A stretch of 55,737 nt of DNA from an uncultured Bacillota bacterium (GCA_946611195.1 CAMODB010000005.1:1-55737); one strand, 5' to 3'. Shown: positions 9,304 through 18,597, counted from the first letter of the stretch. The notes: a model not told the origin generated them from the letters alone. A program made the numbers and translations.

Positions 9304-10714
9304 TTATTTTTTCATCCTTAACATAAACAACATCGATAGTTTCTTTAGAAACCACTTTATGTAAACATATTAACGCAATTAAATTTGGTATAGCCATTAA
9401 AGCATTAAAGATATCTGCTAAATTCCAAATAATATTTACTTTTAAAAAGGAACCAATTAAAACTGCAATTAAGAAAATAAATAAATATACTTTTTCCATG
9501 ATTTTATTATTATTAGTTAAATATGCTAAACATTTTTGTCCATATAAATGCCAACCAATAATTGTGGTAAAAGCAAAAAAAGTAATGCACAATAATAATA
9601 AAATTGAAGAAATAATAGGTGGAAAAGGAAGTCCTACTTGGAATGCATAATTACTAATAGCTAGACCACTTAAGCCTTGTTTATAAGCTCCTGTTAAAAC
9701 AATTATTAAACCAGTAAAAATACAGATAACAATTGTTACAATCATTCCACCCATAGAAATGAGTCCTTCTTTAACCGGATCATCATTTTGTGATTCCGCA
9801 AGGGCAATTGGTGTAGATCCAAGACCCGCTTCATTCGCAAAGATACCTTTTTGTACCCCACTAGTTATGGCCCGTGATATGGTATAACCAGCAGTACCAC
9901 CAATAATGGAAGCTGGATTAAAGGCCATTACAATGATTTCTTTTAAAGCATTAGGAACAGATGTTATATTAATACAAATAATTAAAATACAAATTAAGAT
10001 ATATAAGACAGCCATAAAGGGAACAACATATTCACAAACTTTAGTTATACTTTTGATTCCACCAATTAAAACTAAAGCCGCAAAGAAAGTAACTAGAATC
10101 CCCATAATAAGTTGGATTGTTGTTATATCATTACCTAAGAAAGTAAAAACTGTATCTGTCTTAATAATATTAGTAAAAGCAGAAGTGATACCATTAGATT
10201 GGGTCATTGTACCAATACCTATTGCACAAGCAATCGCCCCGAAGAGGGCAAAAGTTTTCGCAAGAGGTTTAAATTTTTTACCCATACCATATTCAATATA
10301 TGCAAAAGGACCGCCAATTACTTCCCCATTATCCATAACTTTTCGAAATTTAATAGCTAAATAACCTTCAGAATATTTAGTAGCTAAACCAAATAAACTA
10401 ATAATAGCCATCCAGAATAAAGCACCTGGTCCACCACCACCATCAACACTAGCCTTGCTACCAATGATTAATGCGCTAGCAACACCAATAATATTACCAG
10501 TTCCAATAGTGGCTGATAAAGATACACATAAAGCCCCAAAGGTCGATATCTCACCATTTCCTTTTGATTTTGATACCATTAATTTTAAAGCTTTACCACT
10601 CTTTCGAAATTGAAGGCCATGTAATTTAATCGTATATAAAATACCAGTAATAATTATTAAAATAATTATCGGGATATAGATATATTCTGCTATCCCCGCG
10701 AAAATAGCTTCCAT
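9269..10714 (-). CDS. Alanine/glycine:cation symporter (AGCS/AlsT family)
   Basis: ATIGTGNIIGVA, GPGALFWM, GGPFAYI, GIFANEAGLGS, ADIFNALMAIPNLIAL. Confidence 0.93.
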   Translation of the reverse strand: MEAIFAGIAEYIYIPIIILIIITGILYTIKLHGLQFRKSGKALKLMVSKSKGNGEISTFGALCVSLSATIGTGNIIGVASALIIGSKASVDGGGGPGALFWMAIISLFGLATKYSEGYLAIKFRKVMDNGEVIGGPFAYIEYGMGKKFKPLAKTFALFGAIACAIGIGTMTQSNGITSAFTNIIKTDTVFTFLGNDITTIQLIMGILVTFFAALVLIGGIKSITKVCEYVVPFMAVLYILICILIICINITSVPNALKEIIVMAFNPASIIGGTAGYTISRAITSGVQKGIFANEAGLGSTPIALAESQNDDPVKEGLISMGGMIVTIVICIFTGLIIVLTGAYKQGLSGLAISNYAFQVGLPFPPIISSILLLLCITFFAFTTIIGWHLYGQKCLAYLTNNNKIMEKVYLFIFLIAVLIGSFLKVNIIWNLADIFNALMAIPNLIALICLHKVVSKETIDVVYVKDEKINDENQESDSKE

Positions 10715-10782
10715 TAATTAATTCTCCAGAAAGATTAACTTCTTAATCTTTAATTTAAATTATCTTTTTTTACAAAAAAAAT

Positions 10783-10888
10783 CTTAACTTAAGTCCCCCC
10801 ACCCACAAGCAACAAAAGTTTAAGGCTGCTTCAATCACGACCTGACCTGGTTCGCTATGCGACCTTGGATGAAGGTACTTAAATTAAG
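10783..10888 (-). ncRNA. ffs: Signal recognition particle RNA (small bacterial type, ffs/scr)
   Basis: Minus strand ACCAGGUCAGGUC-GUGAUU-GAAGCAGCC aligns with the E. coli 4.5S helix 8 (ACCAGGUCAGGUC-CGGAAG-GAAGCAGCC). Ends pair (cuuaauuuaagu/acuuaaguuaag). Lies directly downstream of tadA, as scr does in Bacillus. Confidence 0.9.
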
Positions 10889-10939
10889 ATTTTCTATAAT
10901 TATTATACTCTAATTTTTTATAATTTTTAAATAATATGC

Positions 10940-11410
10940 TTAATTAGATGTTTGTTCTTTTTTATTTCTTAAATTTTTAAAAAAATCTTTCATTAATTTT
11001 TCAATTTCTTCACTATATATTCCTGACTCTATTTCTATTTTATGATTAAGAGCTAAATTGTTAAAATTAATAAGACTATTTAAACAACCAAATTTAGGTT
11101 CACTTACTCCATATACTACTCTTTTTATTCTTGCTTGATAAATAGCACCTGTACACATTAAACAGCTTTCACAAGTAATATAAATAATAACATCATCTAA
11201 TTTCCAAGTATTAAGTTTTTTACTTGCTTTTTTTATAGCTAGTATTTCCGCATGACCAAAAACATCATTATTCTTTTCTCTTGTGTTATGAGCTCTTGCA
11301 ATAATTTTATCATTTTGTACAATTACACAACCAATTGGAACTTCATCTTCTTGATAGGCTTTCAATGCTTCAAGATAAGCTTTTTTCATGAAATATAAAT
11401 CATCTTTCAC
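10940..11410 (-). CDS. tadA: tRNA adenosine(34) deaminase TadA
   Basis: EVPIGCVIV, HAEILAI, TCESCLMCTGAI (PC replaced by SC), RIKRVVYG. Confidence 0.92.
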   Translation of the reverse strand: MKDDLYFMKKAYLEALKAYQEDEVPIGCVIVQNDKIIARAHNTREKNNDVFGHAEILAIKKASKKLNTWKLDDVIIYITCESCLMCTGAIYQARIKRVVYGVSEPKFGCLNSLINFNNLALNHKIEIESGIYSEEIEKLMKDFFKNLRNKKEQTSN

Positions 11411-11985
11411 TTTAATACCTCATGACAAAAACGACAACGAGCTTCATAACTTTCACTACCGCTAACTAAAATAATTGAATCATTATAATGAGCTGGTTTA
11501 CCATTAATTATTCTTTGGGTTCTTGTAGCAGGAGCTCCACACACTACACATATTGCGTTAAGTTTAGTAACAAATTCACTACGAGCAAGTAAATTTGGCA
11601 TAATACCAAAGGGTTCTCCTTTAAAATCTAAATCTAATCCTGCACATATAACTCTAACCCCTTTATTAGCTAATTCTTCACATAAAGTCACTAATCCTTC
11701 ATCAAAGAATTGAACTTCATCAAAACAAACAGCATAAGGTAATTTAGTTAAATAATTTCTTACATCTTCACTGTTTTTTACTACAACCGCATTAGTCCGA
11801 TTATTCTTATGTGATACAACATCTTGTTTACTATAGCGGTCATCAATAGTAGGTTTAAACACAATAACATCTTTTTTAGCATATTTAATTCGATTAATTC
11901 TTCTTATCAATTCTTCTGTTTTCCCCGCAAACATACAACCACAAATTACTTCAATCCAACCATCTTTATTTCTTCTAATATCCAT
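11407..11985 (-). CDS. tdk: Thymidine kinase
   Basis: GCMFAGKTEEL, DEVQFF, AGLDLDFKGEPF, Zn Cys pairs CVVC and CRFC. Confidence 0.97.
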   Translation of the reverse strand: MDIRRNKDGWIEVICGCMFAGKTEELIRRINRIKYAKKDVIVFKPTIDDRYSKQDVVSHKNNRTNAVVVKNSEDVRNYLTKLPYAVCFDEVQFFDEGLVTLCEELANKGVRVICAGLDLDFKGEPFGIMPNLLARSEFVTKLNAICVVCGAPATRTQRIINGKPAHYNDSIILVSGSESYEARCRFCHEVLK

Positions 11986-12100
11986 AGAAAACTCCTAACT
12001 ATATTTCTTACTTTATTCTAACACAATTTATTAACAAATGGGTTAATTTGATTTATTAATATTTTTTTGATATAATATTAACACAATTATGGAGTAAAAT

Positions 12101-12622
12101 ATGAACTATCAATTTTTAAATATTTATAATGACTTTCTATTAAAAAAAATAAATTTCACAGATTTTATTAATGAACTTGATACATATCTAAGAAGAATCA
12201 ATTCAACTGAACTGGAATATTTTTATAATTATACAACTGATGATCAATTCCTAGCTTTTGATCAAGATATGGTAATGTTAACATATCTTAATCTTTGGTT
12301 AATAAGCCCCATTTTAAAAAAAAGATTTCCTTTAAGTGGAGCCGATAATATCTATTTAAGCTTTATCAAAAGTGTAATTGATGAATATCCTGAATTCAAA
12401 CAAGAACCAATTTTAATTGAAGAAAATTTAAATTATTTAATTTATCAATTTGATAAATCTTATTTAATTATTAATACTCTAGATTTTGATATTGATATAA
12501 CTTTACCAGAAAAAATAAAAAATACAAATGCATTTTGCATCAATTGTAATGAAGAATTACAATTAGAAAACAAAGTATCTATTTATCCATATGGATTTAT
12601 GTTACTAACATTAGATATATAA
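12101..12622 (+). CDS. Hypothetical protein, possibly resembling the C-terminal part of a GH13 amylase
   Basis: GGAG SD and own terminator. Ends with a beta-sandwich-like LIYQ..YLIIN...ITLP...IYPYGFMLL pattern. Confidence 0.4.
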   Translation: MNYQFLNIYNDFLLKKINFTDFINELDTYLRRINSTELEYFYNYTTDDQFLAFDQDMVMLTYLNLWLISPILKKRFPLSGADNIYLSFIKSVIDEYPEFKQEPILIEENLNYLIYQFDKSYLIINTLDFDIDITLPEKIKNTNAFCINCNEELQLENKVSIYPYGFMLLTLDI

Positions 12623-12645
12623 AAAGGCCTCTACTGAGGCCTTTT
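12622..12645. terminator. Intrinsic terminator
   Basis: aaaaggcctc-tact-gaggcctttt. Confidence 0.85.
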
Positions 12646-12774
12646 ATTAATTCAAAATATCATAATAATATCTTAGTGCTTTATCGTAAGTTTTGTAAAT
12701 AACACATATTTCTTTTATCTTTATTTTTTAAATCATTTAATGGTACTATGATTATTGATGCTTCTCACTTTAAT

Positions 12775-14088
12775 TTATACAAACATAATAAAATATATAG
12801 GGTAATAATTTATCTTCCCTTTTTTTGTTACTTCTCTTTCATTACTAAAAACATATCCTTTTGACATTTTATAATTCTGGTCTAACAATAATTTCGGTAA
12901 TGCTCTAAAATTTTTATAATCTTTCCCAGATTTGATTTCTATTGGGAGAACATTCAATGACTCATAATCATCGACCAAATAATCTACTTCGCCGACTTTT
13001 TTTCTATCATAGTAATATAAATTATGTCCATGACATTTTAATTCTTCAGCGACAACCGTTTCATATACCGCTCCAAGATTGATTCCTGTAGTATCATCTA
13101 ATAAAGCATTTATATTGTTCTTATATAAAATGTTTGTTAATAAGCCAACATCATTCATATATAGTTTAATCAAATTCTTACTACTAGATTGAACTAGAGG
13201 ATATTTAGGTTCACTAACTGCTTTTGTATCTAGAGCAATTCCAGAGTAAATTAAATATTCGAATTCATTAGTATATTTAGTAAATCTAGCATCATCAATA
13301 TTTTCAATATTTTTATACTGTATTCTCTTGACTTTATTTTCGATATTAGATGGTATCATATCATAAATTCTTTTTATTATTAATTTATGTTCTTTATCAT
13401 ACTTTGACGCATCATTTGCATAAAAATTTATTATGTCTTTTTGAATTTCGCGAATTTTAATAACATTTTTACTTTCAATATAACTCTTTACTGCATCAGG
13501 CATACCACCAACATATAAATATGTTTTAAATAAATATAATATTTTTTTGTGTAATGCTTCATCTAATGATTCACCATTTATAAAACATTTTCTCATATGT
13601 TCAATTACTAGTTTGCCAACAGAGTTTGCAATTAAAAATTCTTCAAAATCCATAGGATACATCTTTTTTTCAATTATTGAACCCATAGGAGTTAAAGTAG
13701 TATTGGATAAAGCTATTCCTAATTCGGATCCGCTACATATATATTTATATTTGTTATCTTCCCTTAAAGGTTTTAATAATGTTAACAACTGTGGATATTC
13801 TTGAATCTCATCTATAAAAATAATAGTGTTGTCTCTTTCTTTTAATTTGTCACCAGCAACTACACTCACCTCAAGATAAAACTTTTCAATTGTATTAACG
13901 TCAGCAAATAATTGATTACCCACTTTATCATTTGCCATATTTAGTTCTATATAGTTTTCAAAATGTTTTTTAGCTAGTTCTCTAATTATATATGATTTCC
14001 CTACTTGTCTAGCTCCATCTATGCACAATATTTTTTCTTCATTACCAGTTAAATACTCTTCAATATACTTAGATATTTTTCTATACAT
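12775..14088 (-). CDS. AAA_14 ATPase with DUF4143 C-terminal PD-(D/E)xK nuclease-like domain
   Basis: GARQVGKS Walker A, IFIDEIQ Walker B, CSGS, KLYMNDVGLL, GAVYETVV, EVDY...PIEIKSG. GGAGG SD. Confidence 0.9.
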   Translation of the reverse strand: MYRKISKYIEEYLTGNEEKILCIDGARQVGKSYIIRELAKKHFENYIELNMANDKVGNQLFADVNTIEKFYLEVSVVAGDKLKERDNTIIFIDEIQEYPQLLTLLKPLREDNKYKYICSGSELGIALSNTTLTPMGSIIEKKMYPMDFEEFLIANSVGKLVIEHMRKCFINGESLDEALHKKILYLFKTYLYVGGMPDAVKSYIESKNVIKIREIQKDIINFYANDASKYDKEHKLIIKRIYDMIPSNIENKVKRIQYKNIENIDDARFTKYTNEFEYLIYSGIALDTKAVSEPKYPLVQSSSKNLIKLYMNDVGLLTNILYKNNINALLDDTTGINLGAVYETVVAEELKCHGHNLYYYDRKKVGEVDYLVDDYESLNVLPIEIKSGKDYKNFRALPKLLLDQNYKMSKGYVFSNEREVTKKGKINYYPIYFIMFV

Positions 14089-14118
14089 TGCACACCTCCG
14101 CTTTTCTAACTATATTAT

Positions 14119-14307
14119 ATACTATTTTTTACGCTTTTCCAACTTTTTTGCACACTGTTTTTTACGTTTTTCCAACTTTTTTGCATACTGTTTTTTACGC
14201 TTTTCCAACTTTTTTGCACACTGTTTTTTACGTTTTTCCAACTTTTTTGCATACTGTTTTTTACGCTTTTCCAACTTTTTTACATATTGTTTTTTACGCT
14301 TTTCCAA
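14119..14307. repeat. Tandem repeat, 33-bp unit x about 5.7, alternating variants give a 66-bp higher-order unit
   Basis: Units start at 14119, 14152, 14185, 14218, 14251, 14284. Consensus a(t/c)actgttttttacg(c/t)ttttccaacttttttgc. No unique spacers. Confidence 0.97.
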
Positions 14308-14352
14308 TAAAATACATTTATAAAAAGAATTATTAATTACAAATTATATAAA

Positions 14353-14397
14353 AAAGCATCATAAAGTTGAAATATATTATTCAACTTATGGTGCTTT
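14353..14397. terminator. Hairpin terminator downstream of the GHL10 gene
   Basis: aaagcatcataaagttgaa ... ttcaacttatggtgcttt, flanked by A and T runs. Confidence 0.7.
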
Positions 14398-14435
14398 ATT
14401 TTTTAATTATATAATCATCTATAGAAAGTTAATTA

Positions 14436-17177
14436 TTAGTGTTTCTTTCTAAAGATAAATAATAAACTAATACTTGATAAGAAAGATATGATTATTGCGG
14501 ATGAATTACAACCATTATCATTATTTTTTGGTTCAGGATTAACTGGATCAACTGGTTTTGGATCAACTGGTTGTTCTTCATTTTGTTTTAATTTGTTATA
14601 TTCTTCTTTAAATTCTTCGACTAAATTATTAAATTTATCAATATCCGTGTTTTCTTTGATTTTACTAAGATATAATTCTTTTAATTCTTTAGCGCCTTTA
14701 ACATCATCAGAATAATTTTCAATTCTCTTATATGCTAAATTATAGGCTTTAACGATTTTTGTTATTTCATCTTGTAAATCTAATAATCTTAATTCGTTAG
14801 TTTGGAGAATAGAATCATAATTATTAACAAAAGTTCCTTTTTCAATCTTTAAAGCTGTTTGAATTAATTGTTCTACTTCTGAATTATAATAAATTTCATA
14901 GACAGAATAATCTTTATATTCACTAGCTAATTCATTAATATAAGTTGTAAAGGAAGTAGATTTAGTTAAATATTCTTCTTTGAAATTTGGATATTTATCA
15001 AGTAATTCTTTAGTTTCATTAACAATCTTTTTAATATCGGTTGAACTTAAAGCTTGATTGATACGATCTTTGGCATCTTCCAAATCATCTTCCATTGTTA
15101 ATTTATCGATATTTGTATAATAATCTAATTCTAAATTATTATGATATTCATCTAATTCTTGAATAGCTTCTATTCTTATAGGATTTAATTCTTCATCTAT
15201 TAGTGGATATGAATCGATTAAATCTTGATATGCTTTGTATAAAGCATCAACCGCATTACTATCAACCGCATCGTTTATTGCATGTTTTAATTTAACTAAT
15301 TCTTGTCTAATTAAACTTCTTTTTTCATATGAATAATTATTTAAATCTTGATAATTATTAGAATTTTCTACTGTTTCTTTTTTATGATCAAGGATAGCTT
15401 GTTTAGCTAAATATACATCATAATTGCTGACTTTAGCTTGTTCTTCACTCGATAATTGATTATAGAATTCTTTTATTTTACTTAATGGTGTTTCTTCATT
15501 AAAAGTAATTAAATCTGGTAATTCATCGATTAATTCTTCTACTACTGTATGGTTTGTTGTTAACGCATCAGTATTAATAACAGGGCCAATAACATTAGCT
15601 AAATTAACACCTGCAACATAATAAGTGGAGCCAAGTGGATCATCAACAGTTATTTGATTATCAGTTCCATAATAATAAATTTGGTTAATATCGTTTTGAT
15701 TTAAGGTTTCTTTCTTATCTACTTTATAAACAATATAACCACGGATATTATCTTCTTGATCCCAGCTAATTACTTTTTCTTCATATTTTATATTTTTTAA
15801 TTCTACCTTAGGTAAGATATCGGCATAATATTGTTTTACATCAGCAGGTATTTTTACAACATTATAATCATTCTTAAGTAGATTCATTCCTCTTTGAATA
15901 ACTTCACTACTGTTATATAAAAAGTTATAACTATATAAACAATAACCACCTATTTCATCATATAATTGCGCATTAAGGATTTGATCACGCATTTCGTTTT
16001 TATTGAGTTTCCAATAATTAGCTGATGATCCGGTTGAGGCAGCCATATAATAACCCATACCCATATAAAGGTTTACTTTACGATTACGACAAGCCCAACT
16101 CCACCATTTTGTAAGATCAGCGTAAGATGCACCAGTATGTTCAATTGCCCAATATGCTTGTGGCATCATATAATCAATCCATTCATTGTTAATCCATTTT
16201 AAAGTATCTGCATATAGATAATCATCATAATGAGAAAAACCAGATGTATTAGAATATAATGGCGATTTTAATGAACCATCACTATTATAACTAGGACTTG
16301 CTGTGTATTTACCATTACGATAAATTCCACTTGGAGCAATTCCTAATTGAACAGCCTTATTATTCTTTTTATTGTATATTCTTAAAGAATTAGATAAAGA
16401 TTCAATAAATTTATCTACTGCTTGTCTTCTAAAATCACCAAGGCTTAAATTAGATGTATTATATTTTGTTCTCGTAGCTGAATCATCAACATCACTAATA
16501 TAGAAATAATCATCAAAATGGATGGCATCAACATCATAATTTTCGACGATTTCCATACATGTATCAACTAAAAAGGATTGAACTGCTGGAATACCGGGGT
16601 CTAAAATACGACCCTTACCATTAGATAAGATATTGTTTGTATTACTTGCGGGATTAACCGCTGGATAATCTTCCGCACAATATCCATCATAAACACGATA
16701 TGGATTTAACCAAGCATGGAATTCGATACCTCTTTTATGACAAGCTTCAATACAATATTCTAAAGGATCAAATTCATCAAAATTAACTTTTGAAAACCAA
16801 GTTGCGACAGGATTAAGTTTTGATTTGTATAACGCATTATTATGAGTACGAACATGGAATACTAAACAGTTAAGACCAAATTCTTCTAAATTATCTAGCA
16901 TTTGATCAAAATCACTAATCCATTTTTCTTTAGTAGAAAAGCTGGAAATTGAGCCTATAAAACAAGATGCCCAAGTAGCTCTTAATCTTTGGGTAGGATA
17001 ATTATAAGAAGCTGCTCTTAAGACTTGTTCACTACTACCTCTATAAGTTACCACTGTTCCATCATCTTTGGTAACAGGAACGGTATCAACACTAGCCATA
17101 ATATTTGTTGTCTTAGTGTTTAAGGTAAAAATAAATAATAATGTTATTAATAATAAAATTGTAAATAATTTTTTCAT
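14436..17177 (-). CDS. Secreted, surface-anchored glycosyl hydrolase-like family 10 (GHL10/DUF187, YddW/DigH-like) protein with helical stalk
   Basis: Signal peptide. FHVR, EFHAWLNPYR, DAIHFDDYFY, DYMMPQAYW. Helical repeats, Pro-rich linker and C-terminal GCNSS-TM-RKKH anchor. Confidence 0.85.
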   Translation of the reverse strand: MKKLFTILLLITLLFIFTLNTKTTNIMASVDTVPVTKDDGTVVTYRGSSEQVLRAASYNYPTQRLRATWASCFIGSISSFSTKEKWISDFDQMLDNLEEFGLNCLVFHVRTHNNALYKSKLNPVATWFSKVNFDEFDPLEYCIEACHKRGIEFHAWLNPYRVYDGYCAEDYPAVNPASNTNNILSNGKGRILDPGIPAVQSFLVDTCMEIVENYDVDAIHFDDYFYISDVDDSATRTKYNTSNLSLGDFRRQAVDKFIESLSNSLRIYNKKNNKAVQLGIAPSGIYRNGKYTASPSYNSDGSLKSPLYSNTSGFSHYDDYLYADTLKWINNEWIDYMMPQAYWAIEHTGASYADLTKWWSWACRNRKVNLYMGMGYYMAASTGSSANYWKLNKNEMRDQILNAQLYDEIGGYCLYSYNFLYNSSEVIQRGMNLLKNDYNVVKIPADVKQYYADILPKVELKNIKYEEKVISWDQEDNIRGYIVYKVDKKETLNQNDINQIYYYGTDNQITVDDPLGSTYYVAGVNLANVIGPVINTDALTTNHTVVEELIDELPDLITFNEETPLSKIKEFYNQLSSEEQAKVSNYDVYLAKQAILDHKKETVENSNNYQDLNNYSYEKRSLIRQELVKLKHAINDAVDSNAVDALYKAYQDLIDSYPLIDEELNPIRIEAIQELDEYHNNLELDYYTNIDKLTMEDDLEDAKDRINQALSSTDIKKIVNETKELLDKYPNFKEEYLTKSTSFTTYINELASEYKDYSVYEIYYNSEVEQLIQTALKIEKGTFVNNYDSILQTNELRLLDLQDEITKIVKAYNLAYKRIENYSDDVKGAKELKELYLSKIKENTDIDKFNNLVEEFKEEYNKLKQNEEQPVDPKPVDPVNPEPKNNDNGCNSSAIIISFLSSISLLFIFRKKH

Positions 17178-17238
17178 TTTATAGATTCCTTTTCTATTCT
17201 ATTATATCAAAAAAACTCATCTATTTCAATAAAATAAA

Positions 17239-17275
17239 AAAGATTTTAGAAATAATTAAATTTTCTAAAATCTTT
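17239..17275 (-). terminator. Terminator after the CDF gene
   Basis: aaagattttagaaa / tttctaaaatcttt stem. Confidence 0.7.
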
Positions 17276-17351
17276 GTTTTTTATTCATTCTAAGCAAAAT
17301 TTAGATAAATCAAATAGAAAATAAACAATATTATTTAAGTAATATTTCCTA

Positions 17352-18563
17352 TTATCTTTCATTTTTAAAAGAATTATGAGCTTCATCAACAGTCATGTTA
17401 ATGATAAATTTAGAATTCTTTTCTTTGAAATTTTGCTTAACTATTTGTTTGAAAGTATCAAGTGGAAGTGTGAAATTATCAGGAATCACCACATCAAAAT
17501 TTAAGATAATATGTTCATCATCATGTTTTACTTGGAAATCATGAAAGGTTAAATTTGTATTTATTTGTTGTAGTATATCTTTTGTTATTTCATAATATTC
17601 ATTAGTTTCTTCATCATTTATAGTAACCGGATCCATATGAATTGTTAGAATAAGACCAGTTTTGAGTTTGAAATCTCTTTCTATTTTATCGATTAATTCA
17701 TGACTTTCTTGAACTGTTTCATCACCTCTAACTTCAACATGAACCGTTACATAATTGGTTTGTGGTCCATAATTATGAATGATTAAATCATGAACACCAA
17801 GAACACCATCATAGCTTTCAATAATTGATATAATTCGTTCAATATCATCTTGCGTTGGATTTGAACCAAGAAGAGGATCAATGGTAGATTTGACAAGCAT
17901 GATACCAGAAATACAAATATATAAACTAATTAAGAGTCCAACAACACTATCAATATTTACTTTTCCCTTTGTGGTAACAAAAAGAATTGCCGATAAGAGA
18001 ACACCAGTTGTCGTTAAAATATCATTAAATGAATCAATACTATCCGCTTTAATTGTATCACTCTTTATTAATTTACCAATCGTACGATAGGTAACAAATT
18101 GATATAATTTAACAAGAATTGAAATGATTAAACTAATATAGATTAACCATGGATTATCAATTAAATAATTTGTTGTGTTATTCTTTATAAGATCAATTAA
18201 ATCAATTAAGGAATCTTTAAATAAACTAACACCAACTACTATTATTAATACCGCAATAAGTAAAGAAGTTATATATTCTATTCTTTGATGACCAAAAGGA
18301 TGATCACGGTCCGCCTTTTTTAAACTTAATTTAAAGCCAATAATGGTTAAAATACTAGAGAGTGAATCCATTAAATTATTGATACCATCTGCCAGAATAG
18401 CCGTAGAAAAACTTAAAATCCCTAAGATTATTTTAAGAGTTGCTAGTAAGAAATTAGTTATGATACCAAAGATACCTACAAAAACACCATATCTAGTTCT
18501 TACTTCTTTTGATTCAATATTTTTATAATCTTTGATAAAAAGTTTACATAATAATTTAATCAT
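17352..18563 (-). CDS. Cation diffusion facilitator family transporter
   Basis: ADGINNLMD, DRDHPFGHQRIEY, DSFNDIL, VHDLIIHNYG, VHVE, extended C-terminal dimerisation domains. Confidence 0.93.
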   Translation of the reverse strand: MIKLLCKLFIKDYKNIESKEVRTRYGVFVGIFGIITNFLLATLKIILGILSFSTAILADGINNLMDSLSSILTIIGFKLSLKKADRDHPFGHQRIEYITSLLIAVLIIVVGVSLFKDSLIDLIDLIKNNTTNYLIDNPWLIYISLIISILVKLYQFVTYRTIGKLIKSDTIKADSIDSFNDILTTTGVLLSAILFVTTKGKVNIDSVVGLLISLYICISGIMLVKSTIDPLLGSNPTQDDIERIISIIESYDGVLGVHDLIIHNYGPQTNYVTVHVEVRGDETVQESHELIDKIERDFKLKTGLILTIHMDPVTINDEETNEYYEITKDILQQINTNLTFHDFQVKHDDEHIILNFDVVIPDNFTLPLDTFKQIVKQNFKEKNSKFIINMTVDEAHNSFKNER

Positions 18564-18597
18564 TATGGCTCCTTTCTAAAAATTTAAATAATTTTTT

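Noticed and set aside
10715-10782. Glycine riboswitch upstream of the AGCS symporter
   Set aside because: The region is too short and the conserved aptamer motifs are absent. The structured RNA nearby is SRP.
12648-12730. Gene remnant KIKIKEICVIYKTYDKALRYYYDILN* downstream of the DUF4143 gene
   Set aside because: Too short, no start and no recognisable family. It cannot be called a pseudogene.
14119-14307. CRISPR array
   Set aside because: Units are head-to-tail with no unique spacers, and no cas genes are in the window.
14021-14336. Plus-strand ORFs of 100 aa and 82 aa over the repeat
   Set aside because: By-products of the 33-bp periodicity. They overlap the start of the ATPase gene antisense and have no SD.
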